From Eutreptiella sp. 'Long Island Sound 2002' (taxonomy: Eukaryota; Protista; Euglenida), in the NCBI GenBank assembly GCA_964036045.1, contig OZ038378.1, positions 184,202,001-184,266,000 of the forward strand: DNA of 64,000 nt, in the 5' to 3' direction. The translations under genes and the position numbers were made by a program. How positions within the stretch are numbered: the stretch's first letter is position 1; each line of letters starts with the position of its first letter. The notes below the pieces were generated by a model. That model did no database searches. It was not told the DNA's origin and saw nothing but the letters and a program-made list of their open reading frames with translations. Below are positions 10,891 to 22,879 of this stretch, piece after piece.

Positions 10891-12424
10891 GGGAATGCCG
10901 CAACTGGCGGCTTTTCTTGTGCCTCCCCATGCCACACTCCTTTTCCTTTTTTTATGCATTTTCTTAAAGATGCACAAATTTGTGGTGCTTGCAAACTTTA
11001 AACCAAATGGTCTAGGATCAGTTGTGATGAAGCGCGCTTTTGACCCAATTTTGAGCCCAAACTCACACCCTTGTGTGCACACATTGCCCCACCTCATTGC
11101 ACATTCTATCCCCCAACATATGTATGGATACACAGCCATATACATCTTCTGTTGCTAAGGTCTGCAACCTAGTGGTTTTGAAAGCAATCGGTTGCTAGAG
11201 GTTGTTTTCGAAATACCACCGGTAGGTGGAGGTGGTAAGTTTTTTAACAATCACCGATTTTACGGAATTTCGGCCGTGAGTGGAGGTTTATTTTCCATTT
11301 TTCAACAGGTTACCGTCGGTGTACCGGTACTCCCGGTCACCTCCACAACCTGTTGCAGACCTTATCCGTTGCCATAAACAGAATCCTCCGCCCAAAATGT
11401 ATCCCCAAGTGTGTGAATATTGCTGGCCTTTGCTTGTGACGTTCAGTTGTTTAAGCTGCAGTCAGCTTGAGCGAGTCGGGCGAGCGAAGAAGCATCTCGA
11501 GGGAGCAAAGCAACAGAGCAAGCCCTAATAAAGGCAGTGGTGCACGCCTGAAGGCACAAACGAGCACACATTGGTGCATATGTGTGCGTACATAGGGATA
11601 TGTATGCATACATGGGGCATATGTGTGCACACATGGGGCTACGTGTGTCAATAACCTTCATCGTGCAGCCTGCAACCTGCAGCACAAAAAAGTGGAACAA
11701 CAAGTATCCGGACTGCCATCACAAACAATACAAAACATCAAAACAGACACAAGAAAACAAAAACACTGCTGTACAATGCATGCAAAATGTTTGTCTCACA
11801 ACTGGCCTAGTGGATATACACACATGCCAGTAAAAACTGAGGAAACAAAAAAGATGTTGTCTTCCTTCCGGAAGGAAAGGCGACCACTTGTCGCCCTCTC
11901 TTTGGCACAACAAAATATCTAAAGCTACAACTGGCTGGAAACATCCAGGTATCAGAGCACACTACCAGGTGCTTCACACCCAAGACAAAAAGAATGTCAA
12001 TCCATCCATACAAATGCACACTGATATCGCGATTGAGATCTGCAGCGGCAGGCAGCTGCTTCCAAGCATTAGTAACCCTGTTGCGACCTGGGCAGCCAGG
12101 GAAAAGGAACCACAAAGAGAGTTGAAGACTGAGGAAGGATTCGTGAGCAAAACAATGGTGGCTCGTTGCCACTTTTCCAGACAACGAAGATGCAAATCTT
12201 GCAACCTCCACCAGCAATTGGATATTGACACATATCATGTACACCCGGATTGCCTGTTTCAAATCCCATGAAACATCCTGCTGTGTGCATACTTCGATGA
12301 AGATTTGTTGACACGTCATGTACTAGTGGTGTTCATCATCGTTATCCAGCGTCATGTCGGCCTTGGACAATGTCACCAAAATCGCGCTTTCCATGCACCA
12401 TGGTGTTTCGAGGCAGCACGCGTT

Positions 12425-13904
12425 GCGGAATTCCTTGCACTGCGCGTGCTGTGCGCGCTACTTTTAGACTAGATTCCCCGCGGAGAGCCTCCAGGCACGC
12501 CCCTTCCAAACGCCCTTAAAATTAGGCGACCCCAACTATCCTACCCTTGGGGGTGCAAAGTAGCCGAGGGGTGTTAAAATTGCATTCTAACATGGAAATT
12601 TTTTCTCGTTTTTTTTCACTGAAAAAGGTTGCGTCCAAATTTGATGGGTTTTACTCCACTGAAACTTGGGTGTGCTGGAATTCCTTGTACCTGAACATTG
12701 GGGGAATGTTTGCCCGGCGCGCGCCCGGCGCGCTACTTTTAGACTATGTTCCCCCCGAAGAGCCCCCAAGCACACCCCTTGGAAACGCCCTTAGAATTAG
12801 GTGACCCAAACTGCCCCAGCTCAAGAAAGTTGCAAACTGGGGTACACAGTACCACTCTCGCTCCTTTAAGGGCGGTCTTGGTCAACAGCTTAGCAAGTTG
12901 GGAGAATGGGGGGTTAGGATAGCACAACCGCATCGATCTCCAGTAGAAGCGATAGGCGTCATTGAGGTATCGCGAACAGTAGAGCTGCATCATAACATTG
13001 GTCCCACAAGTGTGGGTGTCAATACATTCAGTACAATAGTGCTCCTTACACTCATCCCAAACTACAACGGTGGAGCGTTCTGGCAACACAACACACACAC
13101 TTCTGCCTCATCCTCTGCCTCATCTTGCGTGCCACAACCGAGCAAACAGCTGCTCAATGCGTGCCCTATACCACCCGGGCACGTCATTGTAACATTGTTG
13201 GCGGGCTGTCAAAGTGCCATTCTTTCTTCCAATTAATCGCACAATGACATGAATCCGGCCCTTATAAGCACCATCATGGCCCCCAACTTCGAAATCAAAG
13301 AAATCACCTCGGGTACGAGAAGGTCCATACCCATCCCAAATCTGCTGATGTCCCGGGGGCCAAGGGGCAAATCCATATAATGTTGCCCAACATATCAACG
13401 GCAACAGTCCACCGGTGGGGCACGGGTCAAAAAAGATGCCCGGCGCGCGCCCGGCGCGCTAACGTTCCCCCATTGTGTACTGACACAATATCACACAATC
13501 ATGTCAGACATCAGACATCAACATCGCACGTAAGATGTCCAACATGCCACATACTCTTCATCTCTCCAGAATCCTTGTTTTGATGAGCAGTGAAGGGACT
13601 GACGGAATATGTGTCAATATGGCTACACAACCCCTGCCTTCTCAGGGTCCCCAATGGTGGGGAGAAATCAACCTGGAAAGAAGTGGATGTGGTGAAAATG
13701 GGCACAAAATGTGTGAAAAGAGGTGGAAATGGGTGCAACTGGGTGAAAATGCCATATCCCCAATGTGGAAGAAGCATCAAAACCTGCTGTCAAACAACAA
13801 TGATGCCCCCGAGTATCACAAAAGATGGGTTTCTAGTGCAGCCAGACGCCCAAAGAGTCGCACTGCGCGCACACTGCGCGCACAGTGCGCTTAAGGGCCC
13901 CCCC
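12425..13904. mobile_element. Older related PIF/Harbinger-like element hosting the 12700-13471 insertion
   Basis: 12437-12540 resembles the left end of the inner element (gcgctacttttagacta...aaacgccctta.aattagg.gacccaa); right end has GCACTGCGCGC repeats then CCCCCCC at 13898-13904. Confidence 0.5.
12700..13471 (-). mobile_element. Internally deleted PIF/Harbinger-superfamily (PHIS) DNA transposon with a transposase C-terminal remnant
   Basis: TIRs GGGGGAATGTT / AACGTTCCCCC; ATT duplicated at 12697-12699 and 13472-13474; GCCCGGCGCGC tandem at both ends; remnant DGAYKG...YNDVPGWYRARIEQLFARLW resembles DDE_Tnp_4. Confidence 0.85.
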
Positions 13905-14374
13905 TGGACAAGGGTGGAGGGTTGGAACCCCAAAATGAGCCTTGGAAGGATGTGGTCCACAGATGCTGGGACGCAATTTGAACCTCCACCTTGTGAGGGC
14001 AACTGGTGGTGAGTGGTGTGTGCTTCTCTGCACTACTGTCATTCACCCTTGCTGACCAACATATCTTAGCAATGCTGACATGAAGCATCACGTGATTGCA
14101 TAAATCTAATGTACATACAGCAGGACACACAGGGTGAAAGGAAAACTCAGCATTCGCCGCAACCCAAACCTTGCATGGGCACCTACCCAGACAGCCAGAA
14201 TGCGATCAGTGCCCATCGCACTGCCAGGAGCAACCAGCGTTCGAGGAACTCCACGCTGCAACGCCTAAGTCAAGGTACCTGTGCCACCTGCATGTATCCT
14301 ATGTAACCCATACCCACACCGAATTGAGGTGCTCTCAGCAAGCTGCCAAAGACATTGCTAGGCAGCACACTCCA

Positions 14375-14375
<1 letters not shown>

Positions 14376-14440
<65 letters not shown>
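14376..14440. repeat. (CA)n microsatellite
   Basis: Direct inspection. Confidence 0.97.
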
Positions 14441-14442
<2 letters not shown>

Positions 14443-14689
14443 TTGAAGCGAGACGAAGAGGCGTGACAAACAGAGCACTGCACTGGTCAGTAACGAATCT
14501 TGTCAGGCCGTAAGAAAGTAGAAGAAGGAGTGGAAAAGCATGCGGCTAGGCGCCTTTCTGCAGTACAAGAAGTATACGGTCACTAGGCACCAACGGGTGG
14601 GGCGGTCCACTTGTCATGTCCACCTGCGAAAACATGCTTCAGGCAGTGCCTGTGCTCTACCCCATCCTGTCCCCTGTCCCCCGTCCCGT

Positions 14690-14690
<1 letters not shown>

Positions 14691-14719
<29 letters not shown>
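14691..14719. repeat. (CA)n microsatellite
   Basis: Direct inspection. Confidence 0.93.
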
Positions 14720-14721
<2 letters not shown>

Positions 14722-17018
14722 CACAAGCGCGCCCGCGCGCACATACACAATGATACTAAGTAGCTGTCACCCCGCACACTCCGGCGCAGGTGTACTAGAT
14801 AGTGCCTCGACCAGGCCCGGTTTCGAAGATGAAAATGGCAGAAAACCCCGGTTTGATTTGTCATGTGATCAGAGGCATATGGTCCACCTTCGATAAAACG
14901 TGGATGCCTGGGGTTGAACGTGTTTCCAGTGGCAACCAGTGCAGTAGGTCAAAATGAATAGCTTACGTAGGATGGCTCCATTTGAAAACATTGCTTGAGT
15001 CGCAACTTGCATTGCCAAACCAGAAACCTGCCATTGCCTGTTTGCCTGTTGCGGATACCAGCAATTCTGAGCCCCGCTAGTCTCTTGATGTGTTCACTTC
15101 AAACTCAATTCTTTGGTGCTGCACCCAAGGGGTCGTTGCCAATGACGCGGGTGCTGACGCACATGCATCTGCAGCATATCGGAACCCGATAGGGCCCTGA
15201 TGGTACAGAACCCGATGGTACCCCCCCCACCCGCTGGCGCAAAATCAGGGAAAACGAGGGTAACACGGAGTGGTGTCACTGAGACACCCCCGAGCTTGTG
15301 CGCGACCCATGGTGACCGCAACAAAGAAGGGATGCATCGAAAACCTGCCCATACTTCACCCAAACTCACAACACTGTACACTGTACAGGGCGCTGTAGCA
15401 CAATGTGCAGGCAAAATTGAGTATGTTCTTGATGTTCTCACGGCCCATCAGGAACATCAGGAGCGGTGGAATAGAAGCCCTTTGCAACCTTGTGCCTCAT
15501 TGTACATGCTTGCCGATTGGGGCAGGCTTTGGAGCGGCCTTGGCTGTGGGCTTTGGAGTGGGTTTGGGCTTCTCATTCTTTGGTACAAAACTGCCATCAG
15601 CAAAATCTTGCCATGAGCAGAAAGAACTGTCACAGGCATGAACCCGCCGCTCCTTCGCTGTACAGTCGGCACACAACCACATCACGCTTGACCGCAAAGA
15701 CCGTGGTCGGAAGCACAACAGTGACATGGGGTCACGTGCTTAGACACGGCCGGGGAATGGGAGAGGGTGCGCTCCGAGGATGCAAAATGCAGGGACGGGT
15801 GGAACAGATGAATGGGCAGTTAGCCCGTCAGTCAGTCAGATTGCACCTGGAGTGGAGGGCAAAGGTACCAGAAGGCCCAGGCACAAGAGCAGCACAGAGA
15901 GGCTTTCTTGCACTTCGATCTGACGAACGCACTCTACTGTGCCCCGGACGTTGTTTGGCACATTCGCAATGCGTGCGAACAAGGATCCTTCCTCTTTTTG
16001 TTGGGGGGTCTGGTTGGCCACCACGTGTGCAGAAGGGAGTGACGGTACAGATGTGACAGAATGGAGAAAAAACATGCCGCAAGGGCCGCAAGACTCAAAG
16101 GCTTCACTGCAGGGGCCTTTGACTGGCGACAGACATGCGATGCGGCACGGGCAGAGAGGTTGTCACCGGTACAACCCCGTGCAAACCATCTCCATTTGGC
16201 ATAAACTACCTGAAGCGTAAGCACAGACGGACGGAATGTCAGGAGAAGTGTCAGCCACTGCAGGCGAAATTGTCGGTGCTGTGAGATCGCATCATGATGC
16301 ACCAACAGGAGTGGTATGAAGACCCCTCGCCCCCCTGCGAGCTCCTCATTGAGGATGTAGTGCTCCGTGTCAGTTCGCATCCCGAGTGGCAGTTAAGCAG
16401 AAATATGTCAAATCTGCGGCAAGTTCTGATCTCGGCATCCTTTTTTGCATCTCTTTCTCATGCGCCCTCCCAGAGCATGTGGGTCAATGTACAGGAACGC
16501 CTGGGAACAGGTGATGGGGGCACCATGCGCATGCTCACGGTGTTTTGACGCAAGAGGACTCTAATAAGGTGTCCTGGCGCAAAATGTCGCTGCTGTCTTG
16601 GTCCACAAATTGTTGGGAACAGCCTCACAGCAGGAATTTGCGCTTTTAAGCCAGTGCAGCTTTGCACACGTGCAGCAGTGCTTTCTGCCGACTCAGGGTG
16701 ACCTGGCGCCGCTTGCGCACATCGTGCTTTCCCACGAGGATTGCTCGTGGCCAACGCATCAACATGAAGGGGGTGACCTAAGCTACGTCCAGTCAAACTC
16801 CCGCACCTTGACCACAACCCTCTCTCTTCGGGCTTCTGTGCTTGTTCCGTGAGGCATAGCGTTGCCCGGCCAAAACAATCCAACACCGCAGCCTGACAAG
16901 CATTCATTGCGAGCCGAAGGTCACCGAAGGACTGATGCAGGCATCTGCACAATACTTCAGCGTGAGAAACCACTGCACAAATTCAGCCCTTCTGTGCCCC
17001 TTTCTCTGTTTCGCTGTT

Positions 17019-17405
17019 TCACGCAACCTCCAGGGCCCCCAGCAGCGTCACAAGCTGCGGTAGCCCCTTCGCACCGACCCCATCCTTCATGATCCGCGAG
17101 CGTAGCAGGACGGCAGCCTCCAGCAGCTTGCGATGAAACTGCTCCCGGTACATCGAATATGTGCGCATCAAGAGCTGCGTCTCGCTCTCTGTGAGATCTT
17201 GTTTGAGAGACGTGGTCACTGCCTCCCCCGGGATGGCACGTGTGGCCGCAAACAAGGCCAACAGCAAAGCTCGCTTCTGCAGGTCCGCTTCCAGGCAGTC
17301 GGGACGCGCGAGCTGTGCTGACAGAAGACCCTCGAGCTCGCGCTCATCACAAACCGTGTGCCATTGGTCTTTGATGCCCCCGACATGATGCGCTCCGACT
17401 ACAAC
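17019..17405 (-). CDS. TraB-domain protein, exon 4 (terminal)
   Basis: Acceptor tcacag at 17406; starts VVVGAHHVGGIKDQW (TraB VAVVG.GH..GI..W motif); TGA at 17021-17019. Confidence 0.78.
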   Translation of the reverse strand, partial: VVVGAHHVGGIKDQWHTVCDERELEGLLSAQLARPDCLEADLQKRALLLALFAATRAIPGEAVTTSLKQDLTESETQLLMRTYSMYREQFHRKLLEAAVLLRSRIMKDGVGAKGLPQLVTLLGALEVA

Positions 17406-17650
17406 CTGTGACACCAGAAATCGAGATGGGGTTCGGAGACACGATGCGTTTGGACGGCCTTCCCACTCCTTTGCCTGCCACGGAGGCATTCGGGAGTTCA
17501 CTGGCCCTGGGTTAGATGGAGGTGGATGGAAGGCTGGTGTGCCGGTCTTGATCATTTCTTGTCCTGCAGAACGCACCGTGACATACATCGATTTGAGTCA
17601 TAATGGCCCATGCATCACTCATATCCGGATGCCCGCACATATCCCAGTGT

Positions 17651-17862
17651 AGAAAGGATTTTTGAGAGGGTTGCAGAGGGGTATCAGAGGGTTGTGAGAG
17701 AGGACCACAGAGAGGATTTTTGAGAGGGTTGTAAAGAGGGCTGTGCAACACTTTTTACAACCCTCTCTACAGCCTTTACCACAACTCGCTCCACGGTCTT
17801 CTCTGCCACCATTTCTACAAGGCTCTCTACAACCATCCCTGCAACTAGTTCTACAACCCTCC
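17651..17862. repeat. Foldback-like pair of inverted 12-bp minisatellite arrays
   Basis: GAGAGGGTTGTAAA at 17722-17735 is the exact reverse complement of 17754-17767; 12-bp periodicity in both arms. Confidence 0.75.
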
Positions 17863-18653
17863 ATGCATGCAGCCTGCCCATCCTGCTGCCGCAATGAAGA
17901 ATGCGGAATGCTTTTCATTCCCCAGGCACACCTTTTTAATGCTGTGTTTCCTGTGTCACGAAATGTTTGCTGCGATCTATGATCTATGGCAGCAGTGATC
18001 TATGCAACAGACCACTGCTGCCCATGGCATTGCAGAGGGCATTGTATGGCACATTAGAACAAACGGGCAGCCTGACCGCGGGTGTTTGCACTGCGAGACG
18101 TAGCAGCCTGAGCACATCAAAGAGCTCTTTTTGCTCTTTTTGTCTACCACACGAAAGCAGCAGCATTTGTGTACACAAGAGCACAACCACATGCTTTCAC
18201 ATGTGTTGCCTGGTCTCTACCCGTTCTCTTTTGGAAGGTGTAATGCCCCCCCCCCCCCCCCCCAAGCAAGTCGGAGCTGCCCCAATATCATTCCAATGTC
18301 TGCTAGGCACCAGGCAGATAGATCCCAAGGCTTGCACCATTCCTCATGCTCAGCACACCCATAGCGGCCAGGACCACAGTTTACTGGCTAATTGCGTGGA
18401 CCGCATGGGCCTCGCAATTTGAAGATGATGCTGCGTCCATTTTGCCACTGTTGTGAATTCCTGAGGGTACTCCGGTGGTGGTATTGTGGTTTTAGGCTGG
18501 ATTGGTGCTCTTGGGGGATCAACAACGCCTACGGCAACAACAACGGATCAATCAGAACCTGCTCATTCTGAGACTAGAGCAAAGGAGTTTAGAACAGACC
18601 GGGAGCCAGGCTGTGTCTGAGAGGACTCGGGGTTCCACCGCCCACCCACATAC

Positions 18654-18968
18654 CATGACTGGGGCACGGCTGCTGGCCTGCAGCGCACAGTGGGTCATGA
18701 CTCGCTGGCGTTCCTGAAACAACTCAGGAAAAGGGGGCAGCAGCAAATTCTCCATCACCACTGGGCTGCTGTCCTCCTCTGCGGTGGCCGTGAGGGACTC
18801 CACCACCTCATTCACCCCGTCCTCCAGCTGTTGTACACTGTAGTGTGACACCAATCGATCCACTGTCATCCAATGTGGTCGGTCACAAAACATGATGTTG
18901 TATTTAAGTCGGAGGGCCTGCAGAACTGCAACGACCTCTCCACTAATTCTCCCACGAAACCGTTCCAC
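18654..18968 (-). CDS. TraB-domain protein, exon 3
   Basis: Acceptor gtacag at 18969, donor GTATGT at 18653; IMFCDRPHWMTVDRL (TraB GDRP..T..R) and FPELFQERQRVM (P.L..ERD.YM). Confidence 0.8.
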
Positions 18969-20276
18969 CTGTACAGACGTGTGGGACAGCGACCACGGGA
19001 AGCTGCATCGCTGCAAGAGCACACACGGCGAAGGCACATGCAGACATCTCCGAATACTGTCCATGGGAGGATCACTGTCTGAACCCATGTGAGGTCACAG
19101 TCGTGTCAGGGTCACGTACGCTATCCCGGTTATGGCTGTCCTGCCCCCCCTGCCCGAAGCAGCAGTACTGGAGGGAAGAGCCAAAGGATATGAATCACTT
19201 GGCAGCACTCAGCAACACACAAGCTACAAGCTGTGTTCTTCTAGACCCACAACGCTCGCCCTCTTGCATGGCACTGTGTCTGTAGCTTGGTACATGGTTC
19301 CATTGACAGGTGAATGTCTTCCCTCTGGCTAACCATTGCTAGTTCCACCTCTGTTTGCTGTTTCTGACCCTCTACCTGCCAGGTGAGTTCTTCATTGATC
19401 TCTCACTCTCCCCAGCCACTTTAATGCTACTATTGCCTTCTGTCGCACCAAACGATTCACGGAGAGCGCATTTGGCTCCAAATTCCACGCCCGCCCCTGC
19501 AACTGAGCATTCCCTACTTGGAGCGGCCATGTGGCTGTGTTCAAGTCATGCGGTGGTAATGTTGTAACTGAAGTGGGAGTGATGCTGCAAGTGTACAGGG
19601 TTGCCTGGGGAATGGGTTTAGTGTCTTGGGGCTGCACGCCCCAACAATCAGGGGGCCGGTGTAGAAGGTGGGGTTCGTTGTAGTGCAGGACCGGGGCACC
19701 GTGCCGTATGTCATTGCGCTTGTTCGCTCATCAACCGGCACAGACAGAGCTCCTTGGGTGGTGGAAAATTGGCTTGCGCCCACGGGGGGTCACGGATGTC
19801 CATTTCCCAACCCCCCCCCCCTTCTGGCCCGCCGTGACGGGGCAATGACAACCGGTATACACAGCCCCCCAGTCCCCCCCCCCTACCCCCAACGGTGGTG
19901 GTATTTATGTCCGGTCTATTCCGGTTGCATCCCATAGCACGGGGGGGGGGGGGGGATGCAACGCCCCACCATGGCCTCCCGTTGGCAAATTAGTCTGATG
20001 CAGATGTCAATGAAGACACATTTGCAAAGTGGTGCTGTCAGTGGCCCCCTGTGTTTAACTGACTTTTGTTTGTTTCCTTGTCAGGGGCTGGTTGCTTCGG
20101 GGAAGGGGTCGAGAGCAGGGGGGGGGGTTTAAGGGGTATGTGTGCCTGTGACTGACACAAAGGGTCCCCCCTGATGGGGGGACCTGTAGAAAACTGTCTT
20201 GGGGGGGGCATGCACATGCAAACATGCAAACATGAAGACATAAAAAGGACCAAAAAAGCGAAGGGAAAAAACCATT

Positions 20277-20348
20277 CCATGAATCTGGGATTGAACCCAG
20301 GACTCTGGAATTGGAGCCTAGGCCTGCTACCAACTAAGCTAAGTCAGG
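20277..20348 (-). pseudogene. tRNA-like pseudogene or SINE head (anticodon loop reads CCA, Trp-like)
   Basis: A-box TAGCTTAGTTGGTAG, B-box GGGTTCAATCCC, downstream TTTTTT; acceptor stem pairs only 5/7 and the anticodon stem is mismatched. Confidence 0.6.
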
Positions 20349-21007
20349 ATCTGGCTGAAATGAAAAATCAGAGAGCATATAGCATACTAAAAAAAAAAAA
20401 GGCTGACAATGAGGACCATACATAGGTCCTGTCACAGGTGTCCATTTCCCAACCCCCCCCCCCCTCCTTCAGGCGACAGCCGTGACCCCCCCCGGGCGCA
20501 AGCCAATTTTCCACATGCCCTTGGGAAGACGCATTCATGTTGCCCTTAGCACAAGGCAACCCCTTAGTCTGCACGTGGACCATGGATACATCCCCCCACG
20601 AAGGTAGATCTTCGTGTGGCCTCGCAGTGCGCCTCGGCCACTGACCCCTTGACTCACGAACTTGCGAAATGGATTCGCCGGATGACACTGGCTCTGGACC
20701 GAAAACATAAAACATGTGCACAATACCCACAATGCGACCAAGGGTATGACCCACGCAGCGTTTCAGTCCAGCAGCAGTCCAGCAGCAGAACTGTCAAGCC
20801 CGTGTTACGATGATCTCCATGGACACAGTGTCACCAACGACAACAACCACCGGCCATTGTGGTTGCTTGACCAAATTCAGCGTGCACTTGCATACCCCCA
20901 GCTCTGCCATCTGTTGCGTACTCAGTGTTCCGTGGGACAACCCCGATTTTTGTAGTGCTCTGGCGCCCCATCGAAATCGCACCTTCCCTCAGGGGTGGGG
21001 TCCGCTG

Positions 21008-21409
21008 CAGGGCTTTTTTTACCTGTGAGGGAGGGGGGCGAGGGGTGATTTGAGAGACGCACGCACCCAGATTTTTGGAGGACCAAGGGACTCAGAAATG
21101 TCCCACCCACCCACTCACTCACCCACCCATCCACCCACCCTGCCACCCGCTCGCCCAAAAGCAGAAACTTTTTCTCACCCACCCACCCCCAAAATGTCCT
21201 ACCCGCACGGGGGGGGGGGGGGGGACACCCTGGTCTGGTCTGGTCTGGCTGTACTGGCCCCCAGCGTCCAGCAGTCCGCATGTAGCGGCCACTGGCCGCA
21301 CGTCCAGTCGGGTACACCAACTCACCCATACACAGGTTGGACACCCACCTACCCAGAATTTCTGAAAACCTCCCCACCCCGCCCACCCAACGCACTAAGA
21401 AAAACCCTG
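21008..21409. mobile_element. hAT-type MITE
   Basis: CAGGG...CCCTG termini; flanks GTCCGCTG / GTCCCCTG (7/8 match, 8-bp TSD). Confidence 0.7.
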
Positions 21410-21503
21410 GTCCCCTGCTGGTGGAGGCTCAGTCGCTCTTCTCATCCTTCTAAACTGTGCTCATCCCAGTCAACAAACGGGGAAGGGAGGAAATGCAACC
21501 AAC

Positions 21504-21662
21504 CTGCACAGCAGACACAGCCTTTTGGAGCCCAGCATGGGACGCGAAGCTCTTGGAGTATGGGATTATGTCGCCGGTCTGGAGGATATCAGCACGGGGC
21601 ATGGGGCAATTGTGGTTCTCCATCAACACTTGGGGCTTCCAGCCTTCGAACTTGCATTGCTC
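21504..21662 (-). CDS. TraB-domain protein, probable exon 2
   Basis: Acceptor tttcacag at 21663, donor GTTGGT at 21503; 53 open codons in phase 0; GWKPQVLME resembles TraB KPDVVFVE. Confidence 0.62.
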
Positions 21663-22879
21663 CTGTGAAAGTTGGGAGCCCTACAGCAGTCGGCCTAGCC
21701 TAGAAAGGGGGGCGTGTCCATAAAGGCTGGTTGCTTGCCGTGTAGTACAACACCGGAAGGGCGGCTAGACCCGGTCCCGCTGCGACCCACCACTCAGCTA
21801 TCTGTCAAAAACTCTGGGGGGGGGGGGGGGGGGGGGGTCCGAGGGCCGCTGGTGGGGGGGGGGGGTCTGAGAAGGAACAAAACCACAACGTCCACAACCC
21901 TACACAACAACTTTGAATACTTGTTAGTATTACATCCTCACTGTTTAGGGTTGAAAAGAAATTTATGGGCCGCTTTGCCGCTTTGCGGCCCGAGTGAGAC
22001 CAACTGTGGTCTTGCCTGTCACATCGCCGGGACCGCTATCTTTCAAAACCCCAAGGGGGGAGGGGGGTCGCATACAAGGACTGGGCCCAGCTGCCCCTGG
22101 GGTAGAGTCAGTCATAAAGGGGAAAAGGCGGAAGGATGCAATTGTGCGGGTGAGAGCGGAATGTTTGTCCCACTGCCCGGGGATGGGTTGGCAGGAAATG
22201 CACAATCCAAGAGGGCAATGCGCTTGCCGACTTAATGGCAGCCGGTCAAATCACCGCACGCCCTCCATGTGGATGGGTGCCAAAGTGGGGGAGGAAACGA
22301 GCAAAAAGGATGGCTGTCCTAACAAGCGTTGGTCGTACACATGCGACTGGCCGGCTGGGAAGGGGGGATGGGGGAGGAAGAGGTAAGCCCTGCCGTCTCC
22401 GGGACCTCAAAGAGGGGGAAGACACCCGAGTGGCTACATAGCCCTTGCCGCCTCGAAAACCCCGACAATTGATTTTTCGACTTTTACTGACTGCTGCACG
22501 AACATACGTACCAGGCACGCAATGACGTTCATGCCCCAGTCATTACATACATCGGTCGCCTGATGGGGTCCGGGCTGGGGGACCTGAGTGTCCCCCGGCG
22601 AAGGGGGTCCTTCCCAAAAGTGGTGGCCTATGGGCATGGGCACATTTAGCAGTGCAACTTCTCCGTTTTCTTTCGCGCAAGGCCGCAAGCAGGTCACAAA
22701 GCGCTCCACAGATGCACGTCCTAGTATGCATATGCAGCAATGTTCGGCAGTCCATCGGGAGCTCTTGGGCTCCTACACTGTCAACCAGCAGATCAATTGA
22801 TTGCTTACCTTTGGCCTTGTTTTGGCGACACCGTTGTGCCTCTATTGAACAGTACAGGTAGGCGCCCAAGGGGGTCTCA

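Noticed and set aside
15497-15727. WLCADC plus Lys/Pro-rich coding-like fragment
   Set aside because: No splice sites or family assignment found; could be a decayed element fragment.
22130-22250. Plus-strand EGNALADLMA resembling an RNase H C-terminus
   Set aside because: Isolated short motif without the other catalytic residues.
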